Origin: the human T2T-CHM13v2.0 reference genome, Homo sapiens
NCBI RefSeq assembly: GCF_009914755.1
Contig: NC_060928.1
Length of the DNA: 64,000 bases
Reading direction: 5' to 3' (one strand)
Shown: piece after piece, positions 1 to 15,519 of the stretch
How the letters are laid out: every line of letters begins with the position of its first letter
Position numbering within the stretch: position 1 is the first letter of the stretch
The notes under the pieces: model-generated
What the model was told of the DNA's origin: nothing
The model's input: the letters and a program-made list of their open reading frames with translations, nothing else
Databases searched by the model: none
Program-made: the position numbers and the translations under genes

Positions 1-403
1 AACTATTGTTTGAACTCTCCCAAATTCATCTAACACAAGCCCAAATCTTGTAACAAAATTAAATGTGGATGTACAAACATACAAATATACACATACTTAC
101 ATATATCATGCATAAAAGCTATGTATACGTTTGTATATGTCAGCAAGACTTTACTGTAATTCATAATTTTATATTAAAATTATAGTCCTTAATATTCCCT
201 GATTTAAGTTTACTGAAGTCCATATTAGTCATCTTTCTCATAGCATATTTTGAAAGCTACATGTTCTATAATGAAGGACAATGCCAGGGCAAGACTGGGG
301 TGAACACTTGAGTCTTATTAATCAAAGATTAAGGAAGACGTGTTTTAAATTTATTTGAACACCCTTGAACTATTAATTCTGAGACATACAGAGGTATTTT
401 CCA

Positions 404-788
<385 letters not shown>

Positions 789-2002
789 TTATAATGTATT
801 CAAAAGTATCTGGGTACAGACCCGTTCCTCAAAATGAGAGTTATTTAGTTAATTGGGGGAAAAAAACCATATTTAAAATATACACTTTTTCGAAAGTTTC
901 TATCTAAAATAAATGTGCATGCATGGTTCAGCTGATGGCAAATCCTGTGAGATTAAATACCTGAGGGGGAGTGGGGACTTTCCTTCCATGGATTTTTCCA
1001 GTATCCATATAAGAAACCCCTGAGTGATCATGAGAAATCCTTACAAAATTTCACCTACCAGTTTATAAGCTTCAATGAATTATCTTGCTTTTTATGATAT
1101 GAAGTTTTTTTTCTCATGGGATAAATGGATTTGAGATATTGTTGCTTTTATGGAAATTGTAGCCATTTTATCATGACATTCCAAGGCAGTATTTCTTACC
1201 TATTTATATTTATCTTTGGGTCTAAAGTTGTTTCCAAGTTTGTAAGTATTAGATAAACATCTCTCCAGATTTAATCAGTGAAATTCTAAATACAATATTA
1301 GAATGTACCTTACTGCTTAGTTTTGATGTATTGCTTAAGAAAGGAAAAGATATATACCCTGGTTTGGTTTAATATATCCCTTCAGAAGAATATTTGAGTT
1401 GGATAGAAACAGTTTTGACATGCACTTGAAGACTATAAATGCTGCAAATGACAGCTTTTAATCAGTGTGATAAATAGCAAAGGTCTGTAAATGGTATCAA
1501 ATAATTTCTAAAAATGAAAACTAATTTTCCACTCCCACTGCTAGCAAATTTGTCAACTACAGTTTGATAGAACCAAAACATCTGCTCTTTGAAGCTGTGT
1601 AAACTCTCTCAGTAAAATGATGCATTATTTTGTTTTCAGATATACATTCATCTCTTTCCTAATTTAGTATGTTTATGAAGTACTAAGATAAGTTCCTGAT
1701 TGAAAATTGTATGCAGTTAAATTAAAGACAGAAGTTTCGTTGCTTAAAGTTTTAGCTTTAGCTTTGCTCTCTATCTTCCTTTTGAATTTCTTTCTTATGG
1801 TGCTAAAGATGAACATGTATATTGCTCCCTTTTCCAATTATTTTATTTTTGAAGTTTAAGAAAGTTAACACATGTAAACAATGTAAAATGTCATTAAAAT
1901 TAATAAGTATTTAATAACTCAGATATAATTATCAAGAATTTCATTAATCATCAAAGTGTTTCTATCTATCTTCTTTATTTAAAAATATATGTTTTTTTTC
2001 AA

Positions 2003-2616
2003 CAAAATGAGAAGGAAACCCACAGACTTGAAGAAAATATTTGCAAAAGACACATAGGATAAAAAGCTGTTATACAAAATATACAAAGAACTCTTAAAAC
2101 TCAACAACAAGATAACAAACAATCCCATTAAAAGGGGGCAAAAGACAAGCAGACAGCTTGCCAGAAAAGACATACAGTTAAAAGTAAGCATCTGAAAAGA
2201 TGTTCAACACCTTATGTCTTTAGGGAATTTTAAATTAAAACAACATCGAGATTCTACTATACAGCAATTAGAATAATCAAAATTCAAAACACTGACAACA
2301 TCAAATGCTGGTGAGGGTGTGGAGCAAGAGGAACTTTCATTCACTGCTGGAGGGACTACAAAATGATACAGCCACTTTGAAAGACACTTTGGCGTTTCTT
2401 ACAAAACTAAAAATACTCTTACGATATGATAGAACAATAATGGTTCTTGATATTTACTCAAGTGAATTAAAAACTTATGTTCACATAAATACCTTTACCT
2501 GGATGCTTATAGCAGCTTTATTCCTAATTGCCAAAACTTTAAAGTAAGCAGGATGCCCTTCTGTAGCAAGTAGATAAAGTGAGGTATATCCAGAAAATGA
2601 AATATTATTCGGCACT

Positions 2617-2647
<31 letters not shown>

Positions 2648-3143
2648 TTAAGCCATGACAGGACATGAAGTAGATATAAATGCATATTACTAAGTGGAAG
2701 AAGGTAATCATAAAAGACTACATACTATATGATCCAGCAATACAACATTCTAAAACAGGTAAAACTATGGAGGCAATAAAATGGTTGTTTGCCAGGGGTT
2801 AGGAGAGAGAGATAGATGAATGGACAGACATAGATAATTTTCAGAGAGTGATACTATTCTGTATGATACTGGAGTGGATATACACCATTATACATTTGTC
2901 AATACCCAAAGGATGTACAACAGCAAGAGTGAGCCCTAATGTAAACTATGAACTCTGGATGATGATTGTATGTCAATGTACGTTCATAATTTGTAACAAA
3001 TGTACCACTCTGGTGTGGAATATTGATGGAGGGGCATGTTGTGAGTCTGTAGAGAAAGGGGGTATATGACAACACTGTGCACTTTCTGTTCAATTTTGCT
3101 GTGAACCTAAAATTGTTCTAAAAATAAAGCTTATTAATTAAAA
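2003..3143 (+). mobile_element. Old LINE-1 3' portion (L1MC/L1MD-like): ORF2 end plus 3'UTR
   Basis: GAAAATATTTGCAAAA...CAAAGAACTCTTAAAACTCAACAAC ORF2-end motifs; ORF 2305..2547 resembles the L1 ORF2 C-terminal region; 3'UTR CCCTAATGTAAACTATGAACTCTGG...TTTTGCTGTGAACCTAAAA...AATAAA. Confidence 0.9.
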
Positions 3144-3227
3144 ATTGTGTTTCTTGATAACTAATTTTGGCATGCAGTTTTGGTCAGAGTTATGTTAAAT
3201 ACCTACTGTGGGTCAGATGCCATGTAT

Positions 3228-3772
3228 ATCCAAGATAAAACAGAACCAATAGGAGAGTAAAATTTATATATAACCTCATATAGATATAAAACCATATATA
3301 TAACCTTATATATATTATATAAATATATAGAAATAATTTTATTATAAGATATTTACACACATGGTATTTGAGGCTGAGATTTCCCATATTATGCTGTCTG
3401 CAAGCTGGAGACTCAAGAAAGCTAGTTGTGTGGTTCAAAGGCCTGAGAGCTGGAGAGCTAATGATATAGATGGCATAGATTCCAGTCTGGTCAGAGAACC
3501 AGCAGTGCCAAGGGCAGGAGAAGATTGATGTTCCAGTTCATTCTGTCAGGCTGACTTAATTCAATCTTCCTCTACCTTTCTGTTTTATTCGTGTCTTCAA
3601 TGGATTAGATAATGCCTGCCCACCTTGGTGAAGGCAGATATTCTTTATTTAGTCTACTGATTCAGATGCTAATCTCTTCCAGAAACACCCTCACAGATAC
3701 ATCAGTTATCCCTCACAGATCAACCAGTTATTCCTATGGCCTAGACATGTTGAAACATAAAATTAACAACCC
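3228..3772 (-). mobile_element. MLT2-family (ERVL) solo LTR
   Basis: ACAGAACCAATAGGA, CTGCAAGCTGGAGAC, GCTAATCTCTTCCAGAAACACCCTCACAGA and terminal ACATAAAATTAAC are antisense MLT2 hallmarks. Confidence 0.85.
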
Positions 3773-4194
3773 ATAGTATATTGTGAATGTAAAGATGAAA
3801 AAAAACATTATCACATATCTAAAAGAACTTATTGTTTAGTAGGAAAGAAGAATGTCTGGATGGTATTTTAAATCTTATTACCCTGTTTGAATTCTAAGAT
3901 AGTTTCCTAAGGAAAATGATTTGAGGACAGAAAGGGAGATTATTTCAAAAGGAAAAACAATCTGAAAAAATAAGCAAAAGCAAGAACAGAGGCAAAAATA
4001 TAAACATTGCTATCACTGGAATATACAGTGTCCTGTGTGATACAGTGGGACATCAATTAAAAATTATATTGGGCCAGTCCAGCATGGTCTTGCAAGCTAA
4101 ACTTAGGAACTGGATTAGTGCATTTACTAGGTAATGGGTAAATATTAAGAAATTTTAAGTAACAGTATGATCTTTCACAATCTGTACCCTGACC

Positions 4195-4605
4195 CTTTAT
4201 CTCTGTGACCTCAGCTTCTATGATTTCTTTCCTCACTTTCTATATCCCAGCAATTCAGATGCTTTCAACATGTCTAGCACCACCTGCTTTGGGCCTTTGT
4301 TGAAATTTTGTTTTGTTTATTGTGGTTTCCCACTTAGAACAGTGCCTGGAAAATAACAGGCATTCAGTTTAAAAAATGTGTTTAATTAATGATTTTACAC
4401 ATTTGTTAAACAAAATTCGGATATGTGTGCCTAATTGCCTATTTCAGTGGACATTTCTTCTATCCATTTCCGTGTTAACAATCTTCACTTGATTCACTAA
4501 ATTGTAAGTTTCTTTAGCACAAAGATCTTATCTTGCTCACTGTTGAATCTTAAGCACATGAGATATAATAGCTGCTTAATATATAACGGATGAAAGGATG
4601 AAACT
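4195..4605 (+). mobile_element. L2/MIR-age decayed fragments
   Basis: AGAACAGTGCCTGG and ATTGTAAGTTTCTTTAGCACAAAGATCTTATCTTGCTCACTG...GATGAA resemble L2 3' ends. Confidence 0.45.
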
Positions 4606-4802
4606 ACAACTATCATTCCATTCTTTGTAAACCCCGTTTCCCTAGAATCTCTCTTATATGACCATGCCTTCCACTCAGTCATTCCGGTGTCTTTTTATTG
4701 ACTCTTCTCCTGAGTGTCCTCCAGGTGCTGGAGCTTCTCAAGAACACATCCTAGGCTCCTTTCTATTCTACACACTTTTCCCAAATATTTTTATTAAATT
4801 AA

Positions 4803-5156
<354 letters not shown>

Positions 5157-5574
5157 TGTGTTGACCATTTTTTAAAAGCCATTAATTTTAATATATGAAT
5201 AAATTTGTCCTATGATTTTAAGATATTTGATAAGATTTTTAGAGGATATATTGATATTAATGGCTACTAACTAGTTAATAGTAACTGTTAATATCAATAA
5301 TTTTTCAGAAAATTACGTGAGATTTATTAGCAGATCTACCTCATGCCAAAATTAACCTGCTTTTGAGACTGCGCTTTGGGGTGCTTCATGATCTCTGTTG
5401 ATAGTAGTAATAATAATAAATATTGCTAACTTGTATGTTTTTTAAAACTTCTTAATCCAGCTTTGTGATATATTTCACCATTGTTCTATGGAGAAAATAG
5501 AGATGGCATTAATCACATTAGTCTCAAAGTAAGATTTAGAAAGCTTAGAGACATCTAGGATTTACTGAATTACT

Positions 5575-5775
5575 GCTTGTGCCAGGTGTTACGGTAAATG
5601 TCACCTATATGGTCCCTCATTTAAATCCTTCCCAGAAACCTGTGAGGTTTAAGTATGATTTCTATTTTGGAAATACAGAAGGTGAAATATGAAAATTTAA
5701 AGTTACTCAAAGTCACAGAGCTAGAGATATAGATATGCCATATCCAGACACGTCTCATTCAAAATACAGTACTTT
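5575..5775 (-). mobile_element. MIR SINE (decayed)
   Basis: TCATTTAAATCCTT...CCTGTGAGGT...CAAAGTCACAGAGCTAG resembles the MIR core. Confidence 0.6.
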
Positions 5776-5944
5776 GTCTTACAAGAGTGTTTTTAAAACT
5801 GATGCCATAGTTGGAAGATTTCCTGAAGCACCAGGAGTCACTTCTGGGATCAGAGATAGCAGAGGTGGCTCGATCCTTGACCTTTGGTCTCAGCAAAATA
5901 TGCTTTTCTTTTACGTGTTGTACATGCAGGAGTTTTATATTTTT

Positions 5945-6121
5945 AAAAATCCCATAGAATTTAAAACACCAACAGTGAACCTTAATTTAAACTATGAACT
6001 TCAGGTGATAATGATGTGTCAGCGCAGGTTAATCAATTATAATAAATGTATGTGGGGCAGGGGTATATGGGAAATCTTGCTACCTTTCACTAAGGTTTTG
6101 CTGTGAATCTTAAAAAAAAAA
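5945..6121 (+). mobile_element. L1MC-like 3'UTR terminal fragment
   Basis: GTGAACCTTAATTTAAACTATGAACTTCAGGTGATAATGATGTGTCA...TTTTGCTGTGAATCTTAAAAAAAAA, same family motif as 2930-3120. Confidence 0.8.
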
Positions 6122-6607
6122 GTTACCAACTTGTCATTTGACTCAACATGGATCCACCTGAAATTTAGTGAAATCATTTAGTTGATACAACTCACAGAAA
6201 TGGTAACTATAATATTTCATTAATTATAATATATAATTTGACAATAATGTGAATATTATATATATAACCATGTATGTATGTTACCATTTGATATTTGTAT
6301 GCCAATTATACGTAGTCTAAAATTTGTTCTAACTGGAGGGAGTGACAATATTAATGAACTTATTAAGCAGCTTAATATTTATATTAAAGCATGCTAGATA
6401 TTCTATGCTTTCTTTAAGATTGTGAATAAGAAATTTTTTTTCTCTTCTTGTCCCTGATTCTCTGAACCCACTTTTGATTTTCATCTTCAAAAACATTTTT
6501 TCATATTGAGAAATAATTTATTCAGTTCTTACATTAATTATTTCCCTCTTTTCTTTTTCAAACCAATTTTATCCATATCTGCAGTTTCAAAATGAAATTT
6601 TGTTATC

Positions 6608-6825
6608 ATAATGATAGCACCACTATCTAGAGCTTATTATGGTGGTGTTTTAGGTGCTAAGCATTTTACACATTTTATACACATTAAGTCCCTTAGTTCT
6701 CACAGTAACCTGAAAGTGTTACATGTAGAGAAACTGAGGCTAGAAAGATTATATAACTGTCTTAACATCACATATTCATTAAGAAGAATCAAGAACAAAA
6801 ACTGGGCCATTTGTTCTTGACCACC
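6608..6825 (-). mobile_element. MIR SINE
   Basis: GTGCTAAGCATTTTACA...TCTCACAGTAACCTGA...GAGAAACTGAGGCTAGAAAG MIR core. Confidence 0.7.
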
Positions 6826-7959
6826 ACAGAAAACTGGTGCTCCACATGACAGGTGCTGTCCATATGATTTTGGCTTTCACTACAAAAACCCTCAGTGTTT
6901 ATTAGTGGATAATTTACCTGATGCCTGAAATACAGACCAAAAAAGACCTGTCTGGGAGGTTGCAAAGCTGAGCACAGAGAGATGTGGCTGCTCCCTGGGT
7001 TAAATGAGAAACGCTATTCTCAGGAGGTTAATTATCACAAATTAGGAGCTTTCAATAGTTCGGAAACATCAGGGAAGAAACAGCAGATTAGTACTGATAA
7101 AATCTCATGGGCTCTGATGGGAAGCACTTTATATTGGCACTAATGAAAAAATCAGAAGCAACCATGCTTTGAATGCTTAGAAATTTCAGGTTTCAGCATA
7201 TTAAGAATTCAGTCAAATAAAACTTAAAAGAGCTTTAGGATTACAGCAATTGAGCAAAAGGATGACTCTTGAAGGTGGACTAAAACTTGAGGAAAATTTT
7301 TCTCCATTTTTTATGCATTTTCTGAGAAACATGTATTTACACCTGATTTAATAATTTTTTTCTGTTTTGAAATTAAAGTTTGATGAGAAGAGAGTAAGCT
7401 CCATTTCAATAGCTAAAGATGTTTCATATGATCATGTCTTCTACCTTAGGTACTTTGTTCTGGTAAAATTAGAGAGTATGTTTAAATCCTGAGGTTCAGT
7501 GAAGCCTTTGCTACTTTCTTCCTATCAACCTTCTTCTCAACACAAACAAAAGCAAAACAACTAAACTTTCTCCACACACTACGGAAAATTATCAATGTTG
7601 GACCTTCATTTCTATAATATGAAGTTTTATTACAAGGATTTTTTCAGTGTCATGACCTTAAATGTAAAGCTTTACTCATTTTTGGATAATTTAAAATTTT
7701 GAATTTTGAATTTTTACTATGAATTACAGTGAAAAAAAGTAATGTAAACACTACTAGAAATGGAGAAATGTTACTCTATTGGCACTAATCACTTTAAAAT
7801 ATTTTTTCTTTCTTACTTTAGAAAATGTATTGTGACTACTTTTAAATTATACAGTAGTACATGTTAATTATAGAGTATTCAGAATCTGTAGAATAGTAGC
7901 ATGTAGAGAAAATATTCACAATCCAAACAAGATTTTGATTTTCAGAATCAACTTTAGTG

Positions 7960-9455
<1,496 letters not shown>

Positions 9456-11065
9456 TAGCCAGTGAAGAGAGATAGGTTTCTGCAATGGGTTTCATAGGCT
9501 TTGCTTGCGGAAGCAATTTTTGGTATAATTCCGGCTGCATTCCAGTAGGTGGTGTTTAACAGTAAGAGAAAGCAAATAGGCTCTTAGTCGTGCACCCCTT
9601 TTGTATTTCAGTACAGACACAGCAGGGCTCTGCGGAGGGGAGGCAGTTGGGCAAAAGATGACTCTCTCTCCAAGTTCATTCCCTGTCCTTGGTGGAGTCC
9701 CCTTCAACTACTAGCTCTGTGCCAGCATTTTCTTTGCCCCAAGGGAGGCTTTGGCAGCTTGCACTCTCATCTCCCTTCGGAGGTTAGGTCATAGGAGACC
9801 CACAACTCTCCGGGGCCTGCTGGTCTCCTGTGCTTGTTAGAGTAAGAGCGAATTGTGAGATATGTTTGCAGGTGGTTTGGTGAGGCAGTGGGTCAAGGAT
9901 GGAGGATCCCAGGGCAGCGCGGTGGGACTGTGGATGTGCAACAGATATGGCACCCACAGCCCTGGGTTTTCATCCTGGCAGACAGCTGTGGGCCTGCCCA
10001 GCTTGTGCTCCCACAGTCCAGTGGGTCTCCTTTCGGCATGCACCCTAGGAGCAGGCCCGACTGGCTAGGCTGGTCCCAAGCCTTCTGCATTCAGATCACT
10101 GGGCCAGTCGAGGCGTTCTGGGTCACGGGGCTCCCTGGGAAAGAAGCTGAGGCTGGCTATCAGGCCACACCCTTCCCAGACTTGTCTTGGAAAGGGAGGA
10201 ATGCCCAGCTCCCCTGCTGGCACATAAACTCGCGCTGTACTCCTCTCTGTTCTGAGAGTGGGACTCATCTCCTCGTCATGTTCAAGCTACAGATCTCAAC
10301 TGGATATCTCTGGGCCATGTACTTGAATCCTAGGGAGTTGAGACCAGGCCTATGGATTTGTTCTCTGGCCCCTCAAGGTCGAGCACTGGCTGTGCTGAGG
10401 GGCAAACTACTCCCACACTGCTAAGAAGACACACATGGGGCAGTGAAGGCTGTGCTGTGGGCACCATCCTGTAGGAGTCAAAAGGCAGGTTGTCTTGGGA
10501 GGGACCAGCAGGCAAGGGGGCATGTGGATCAGATATGCTTGAGTCCCATAGCAATGGCAGCCCCGTTCCCTCCAAGCCCAGCAGACAAAAGGAGCTTCAA
10601 CCACTCAGTCCAAAATGCAGAAGCTTGGGGAATGGGCATCTATGCTTGTGTTTTGCCACAGCTGTACTGCACAGCAAAACCTTCTGGGCTCCATGAGGGT
10701 TCAAGCTGCACATCTACCTGCTTTCCAGGCAGCGCCCCCCTCCAAGTTCAAAGGTCTATGGGGGTTGTGGGAGCTTATCCTATAGCTAGGATACCAGAGG
10801 TCCGTGGGGGTACTATTACCCCAGGTTTTCTCACTCACTCCTTCATTGGGTTCAGGAACTGGGGGGCAATCCTAGTGGCCCTGTTACTCCAAGCAGGCTT
10901 CCCAGCTTATTCTCTCTTCAACCCCAGCATCTGTGTCGCCTCTATCGGCTTTCCGTGTTTTCTCTCAAAAGGTCTGTTGGAGGTGTGATGGTTTATTTGG
11001 CGTTTTGGTTCCTCTTGCTGGAAGAGGTGTTTTCTGGCTATGTCTGGTTGACCATCTTGCCTGGT
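9456..11065 (-). mobile_element. L1 5'UTR (L1P4/L1PA15-16-like), joined directly to the 3' part
   Basis: GC-rich 1.6 kb ending GTCTGGTTGACCATCTTGCC, the reverse complement of an L1-type start GGCAAGATGG (YY1-like site). Confidence 0.75.
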
Positions 11066-11339
11066 TTCCTCAAGATTATTTCTTTTATTAAAAAACTGGT
11101 ATATTTTTATGTAGTTTTTTTCTCTCTTTATAATTGTATTTATATGGTTTATAAAATGTTTTAACCCTCTATTTTTTTAAAGCACTGTAATAAAAGCATT
11201 TCATGTTCTAAGAAATTATTCCTACATAGTACAATCAACAGTGGCAATAAATATCACATTAAGTCAAAGAATTGGGGGAGGCCTATATTATAAAAGGATA
11301 AATAATTATTAATAACAAATATCTGAGATTCTTACATAA

Positions 11340-12141
11340 TTTTTAAACTTTTATTTTAGGTTTTGGGGTACAGGTGAAGATTTGCTCCATAGCTAAACAT
11401 GTGTCACAGGGTTTTTTGGCACATATTATTTCATCACCCATGTATTAAGCCCACCCATGGATTGTGCTCCCACAATCCAGTGAGTCCCCCTTCGGCATGC
11501 ACCCTGGGAGCAGGCCCGCCTGACTACGCTGGTTCTAAGCCTTCTGCACCCAGATCACTGAGCCAGTCGAGGTGTTTTGGGTCACAGGGCTCAGTACCCA
11601 ATAGTTATATTTTTCTGCTCCACTCTCTCCTCCCACCCTCCCTGCTCAAGTAGACGGCACTGTGTGTTGTTTCCTCTTTTATGTTCATAAGTTGTTATCA
11701 TTTAGCTCCCACTTATAAGTGAGAACGTACAGTATTTGATTTTCTGTTTCTGCATTAGTTTGCTAAGGATAATAGCCTCCAGGTCCATTCACAAAAGACA
11801 TGATCTCATTCTTTTTTATGGCTGCATAGTATTCCATCCACAATATATATGTACTATATTTTCTTAATCCAATCTGTCATTGATGGGCATTTAGGTTCAT
11901 TCCATGTCTTTGCTATTGTGAATAGTGCTGCAACGAGGGTTCAAATACATGTGTCTTTATGGTAGAATGATTTATATTCGTCTGGGTATATGCCCAGTAA
12001 TCGGATTGCTGAGTTGAATGATAGTTCTGCTTTTAGCTCTTTGAGGAATTGCCATATTGCCATACTGCTTTCCACAATGGTTGAACAAATATATACTCCC
12101 ACAAGCAGTGTATTAGTGTTCCCTTTTCTCCACAACCTCGC
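11340..12141 (-). mobile_element. L1PA (about PA11-13 age) 3'UTR and ORF2 end
   Basis: TTTTATTTTAGGTTTTGGGGTACAGGTGAAG...CATCACCCATGTATTAAGCC...AGTACCCAATAGTT...TTTAGCTCCCACTTATAAGTGAGAAC. Confidence 0.93.
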
Positions 12142-13887
12142 TATTAGCCTGATGGGGTTCCTTTTGTAGGTGACCTGCCCATTCTCTCTAGTTGCCTTTA
12201 ACATTCTTTCTTTCATTTCAACCTTGAAAAATCTGATGATTATGTGTTTTGGGGATGATTTTCTTGTGTAGAATCTGGCAGAAGTTCTGTGTATTTCTTG
12301 AATTTGTTGGCCTCTCTAGCAAGTTTGGAGAAGTTTGCATGGAAGATATCCTGAAATGTTTTCCAAGATGTTTGCTTTCTCCCCCTCCCATTCAGGGATG
12401 CCAATGATTGGTAGATTTGGCCTCTTTATCTAATCTCATACTTCACAAAAGTTTTGTTCATTCCCTTTTGTTCTTTTGTCTTTATTTTGTCTGACTGTCT
12501 TATTTCAGAAAACCAGTCTTTGAGTTCTAAGATCTCTCCCTCAGCCTGGCTTATTCTACTGTTAATACTTGTGATTGTATTGGGAAATTCTTGTATTGTG
12601 TTATTCAGCTCTGTCAGACCCATTAAGTACTTTTTTATACCTGCTATATTGGCCTCCAGCTCTTGTGTCACTTTATTGTGATTCTTATTCTCCTTGGATA
12701 GGGTTTTGCCATCCTCCTGAATCTCGACGATCTTTGTTCCTGTCCATATTCTGAGTTCTATGTCTGTCATTCCAGCCAGTTTGGTCTGGTTAAGAACTGT
12801 TGTCTGAGAACTAGTGTGGTCATTTGGAGAACATATGACACTCTGGGCATTTGAGTTACTGGAGTTCTTGCATTATTTTTTTTTTTCATCTCTGCATGTG
12901 GGTATTCCTTTAACTGCAAAATAGATTGAATACAGTCAATAAATTTTTTTGGGTATTTTCACTAGGCCAAGCCTTTCTGCAGGGCCTTTATTTGAAGCTG
13001 GCTGCTTGTCTCTGGTTTCAGAGAGGGGTATCTTAGTGAGGTTTTTGGTGTTGAAGCTTTGGGTATGATCCAGCAGGAGGCCCTCAGGCTTATTGGTAAG
13101 TTGGTAAACTCTTGCTTGGTTATGTGGCTCCCCTAGGTTTCCTCACTGTTGCAGCCTTGTTCCCTCTCAATGCTCTGAAAGTGTGGGTTCCTCTCCTCCT
13201 TGAGTGCTGGCTGTAGTTCACGACTTGGTACACCTGGGCTGTCCACTGCAGCTCTGAAGTGATCTCAGTGTTTATGTCCCTTCCTCAGCTTAGAGGCAGC
13301 AGAGGAATAGATCTTAGTAGTGGCTGTGGAAGAGGGTCATTTGCTTGTCTCCTCGGGGCTTCACTCCAGAAACATGCAGGTCAGAAATCACTCAGTAGAT
13401 TCAGCCTCTTTCCTAAGGATATATAAGGGGTCTAACCTCCCACTTTGCTGGAGCTACAGCTACTTTTGCTGGAAAGACCAAGTATCTAAAGGTCCAGTTT
13501 TCCCACACATGCCTGACTGACTGCTCTGTCGAGACTCCACATAACTCTGTCTGTCAGACCGAAAGCCCTGGTGGAGTAGGTTCACAAGAAGATCTCCTGT
13601 CCCAAGGGTTGCAAAGATTCATGTGAGAAGTGTGGTTTCCCAAGACCGCTCATCCACTCACCACTTCCCAGGGCAGAGGAGGTTCTCCTGGCTCCATTTT
13701 GCTCCCAGGTGGGTCGTTGTCCTATCTCTTCTTCATTCTCCTTGGGTCAAGTTGTTTTCTTGATTAGTCCCAATGTGAGTACCTAAATGCTTCAGTTGAA
13801 GGTATCATAGTTACTCGCCCCTTCTGCTCCTCTCTGTGAGAGCAATGCACGCTAGCTGCTTCTAGTTGGCCACTTTGACCACTTCCC
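12142..13887 (-). mobile_element. L1PA 5'UTR plus 5' part of ORF1 (decayed)
   Basis: ORF 12426..12770 reads like the ORF1p coiled coil; KERMLKATRENGQVTYKRNPIRL is ORF1p; start motif GCTAGCTGCTTCTAGTTGGCCAC at ~13851-13873. Confidence 0.9.
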
Positions 13888-14244
13888 TCATAATATTATA
13901 AGAAACTTATTTTATATTATTCAAATAATATTATTTGATAAGTTTAGAAGATGATAAAAGAAAATTAATTACCCATAATCTCCCTACCTGGAGCCAATAA
14001 TCTGTATTTTCTAGAACCAATGGTATAAAATTAATGTAATTTTCATTTTGTATATAGGGGTGTGTGTGTGTATATATATATTTCTTTTACTCTCATATTC
14101 TCATAGTATTTAAATAATTCAACCAAACCAAGCCTTCATTTAAAAATATTTTCTCTCAACATTACATCATTCTTAGTTTTGTTAAATTATTAAATTAAAG
14201 TGATTTATATGTATACAGTTTTTGTCAGATTTTTGAAGCTCGTT

Positions 14245-14345
14245 AACATTATTAATCCTCACATCAAAACTATTATCTTATTTTTTAAAACTCAGGAAAC
14301 TGAGGTTCAAGGAAAATACTTAATTGGCTGAAGTCACAGGATATA
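14245..14345 (-). mobile_element. MIR fragment
   Basis: AATCCTCACA...AGGAAACTGAGGTTCAAGG...AAGTCACAG. Confidence 0.6.
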
Positions 14346-14499
14346 ATGACCAATAATACTTCCATTATGGTCCTTATAATCTAAAATGCTTAAAATCTTC
14401 CACATCAGTATACTGACTTCTTATCATATATACTAGGTGATACACGAATGCTCTATTGTTAGATATCTGATTGCTTCCAATCCTTCACTAAAGATGTTA

Positions 14500-15325
14500 T
14501 GAAAGCAATTGCAACAAAAGCAAGTTTGACAAATGGGATCTAATTAACTGAAGAGTTTCTGCACAGCAAAAGAAAACTACCATCAGAGTGAACAGACTAC
14601 CTACAGAACGAGAACATTTTTGTAATCTATCTATCTGACAAAGGCCTAATATCTGGTCTACAGGGAACTTAAACAAATTTACAAGAAAACAACCCCATTA
14701 AAATGTTGGCAAAGGAGATGAAGAGACACTTCTCAAAAGAAGCTCAACATTACTGATCATTAGAGAAATGCAAATCAAAACCACAATGAGATAATATCTC
14801 ACCCCAGAAAGGATGGCAAATATTAAACAGTCCAAAAACAACAGATGCTGTCACGGCTGTGGCGAAAAAGGAATGCTTTTATACTTTTGGTGGGAGTGTA
14901 AACCAATTCAACCATTGTGGAAGACAGGGAGGCAATTCTTCAAAGACCTAGAGGCAGAAATACAATTTCACCCAGCAATCCCATTACTGGGTATATACCG
15001 AAAGGAATATAAATCACTATATTATAAAGAAACATACACATGTATGTTCATTGCAACACTATTCACAATAGCAAAAACATGGAACCAACCCAAATGCGCA
15101 TCAATGATAGACTGGATAAAGAAAATGTGATACATACACACCATGGAATATTATGCAGCAAGTGATGGATTGATCTGTGCAGCAAACCACCATAGCACAC
15201 ATTTACCCATGAATGTAACGAACCTGCATATTCTGAACACGTACCCCAGAACTTAAAAGCTGAAGAAAAAAATAAACAAAAGTATAAGAGAAAAAATAAC
15301 AAAAGAAGAAATAAAAGAGAAAAGA
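14500..15325 (+). mobile_element. L1PA 3' fragment (5'-truncated, with internal 3'UTR deletion)
   Basis: ORF 14813..15130 (...AIPLLGIY...CMFIATLFTIAKTWNQPKC) is the ORF2 C-terminus; GCAAACCACCATAGCACAC...GAACTTAAAAG plus A-rich tail; possible TSD AAAGATGT. Confidence 0.93.
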
Positions 15326-15519
15326 AAGATGTCACAAATCTCTTTCTAAAATTTTCTATTTTTATTATTTTCCGTATAATAAATGCATAGAATTAGAATT
15401 AAAGTAAATTATACTGCATTTGTATGGTTCTTGCATTTAGATTTCTAACATACTTTCTGGAAAGTAGCATCCAAATAACACTCTAAGTCACAACATTCAT
15501 GAGGAACCATTTCATAGAG

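Noticed and set aside
9837-10988. Cluster of the longest ORFs (189 aa and 181 aa) in GC-rich sequence
   Set aside because: They lie within an L1 5'UTR-like segment, overlap on both strands and show no recognisable protein features; GC richness explains the lack of stops.
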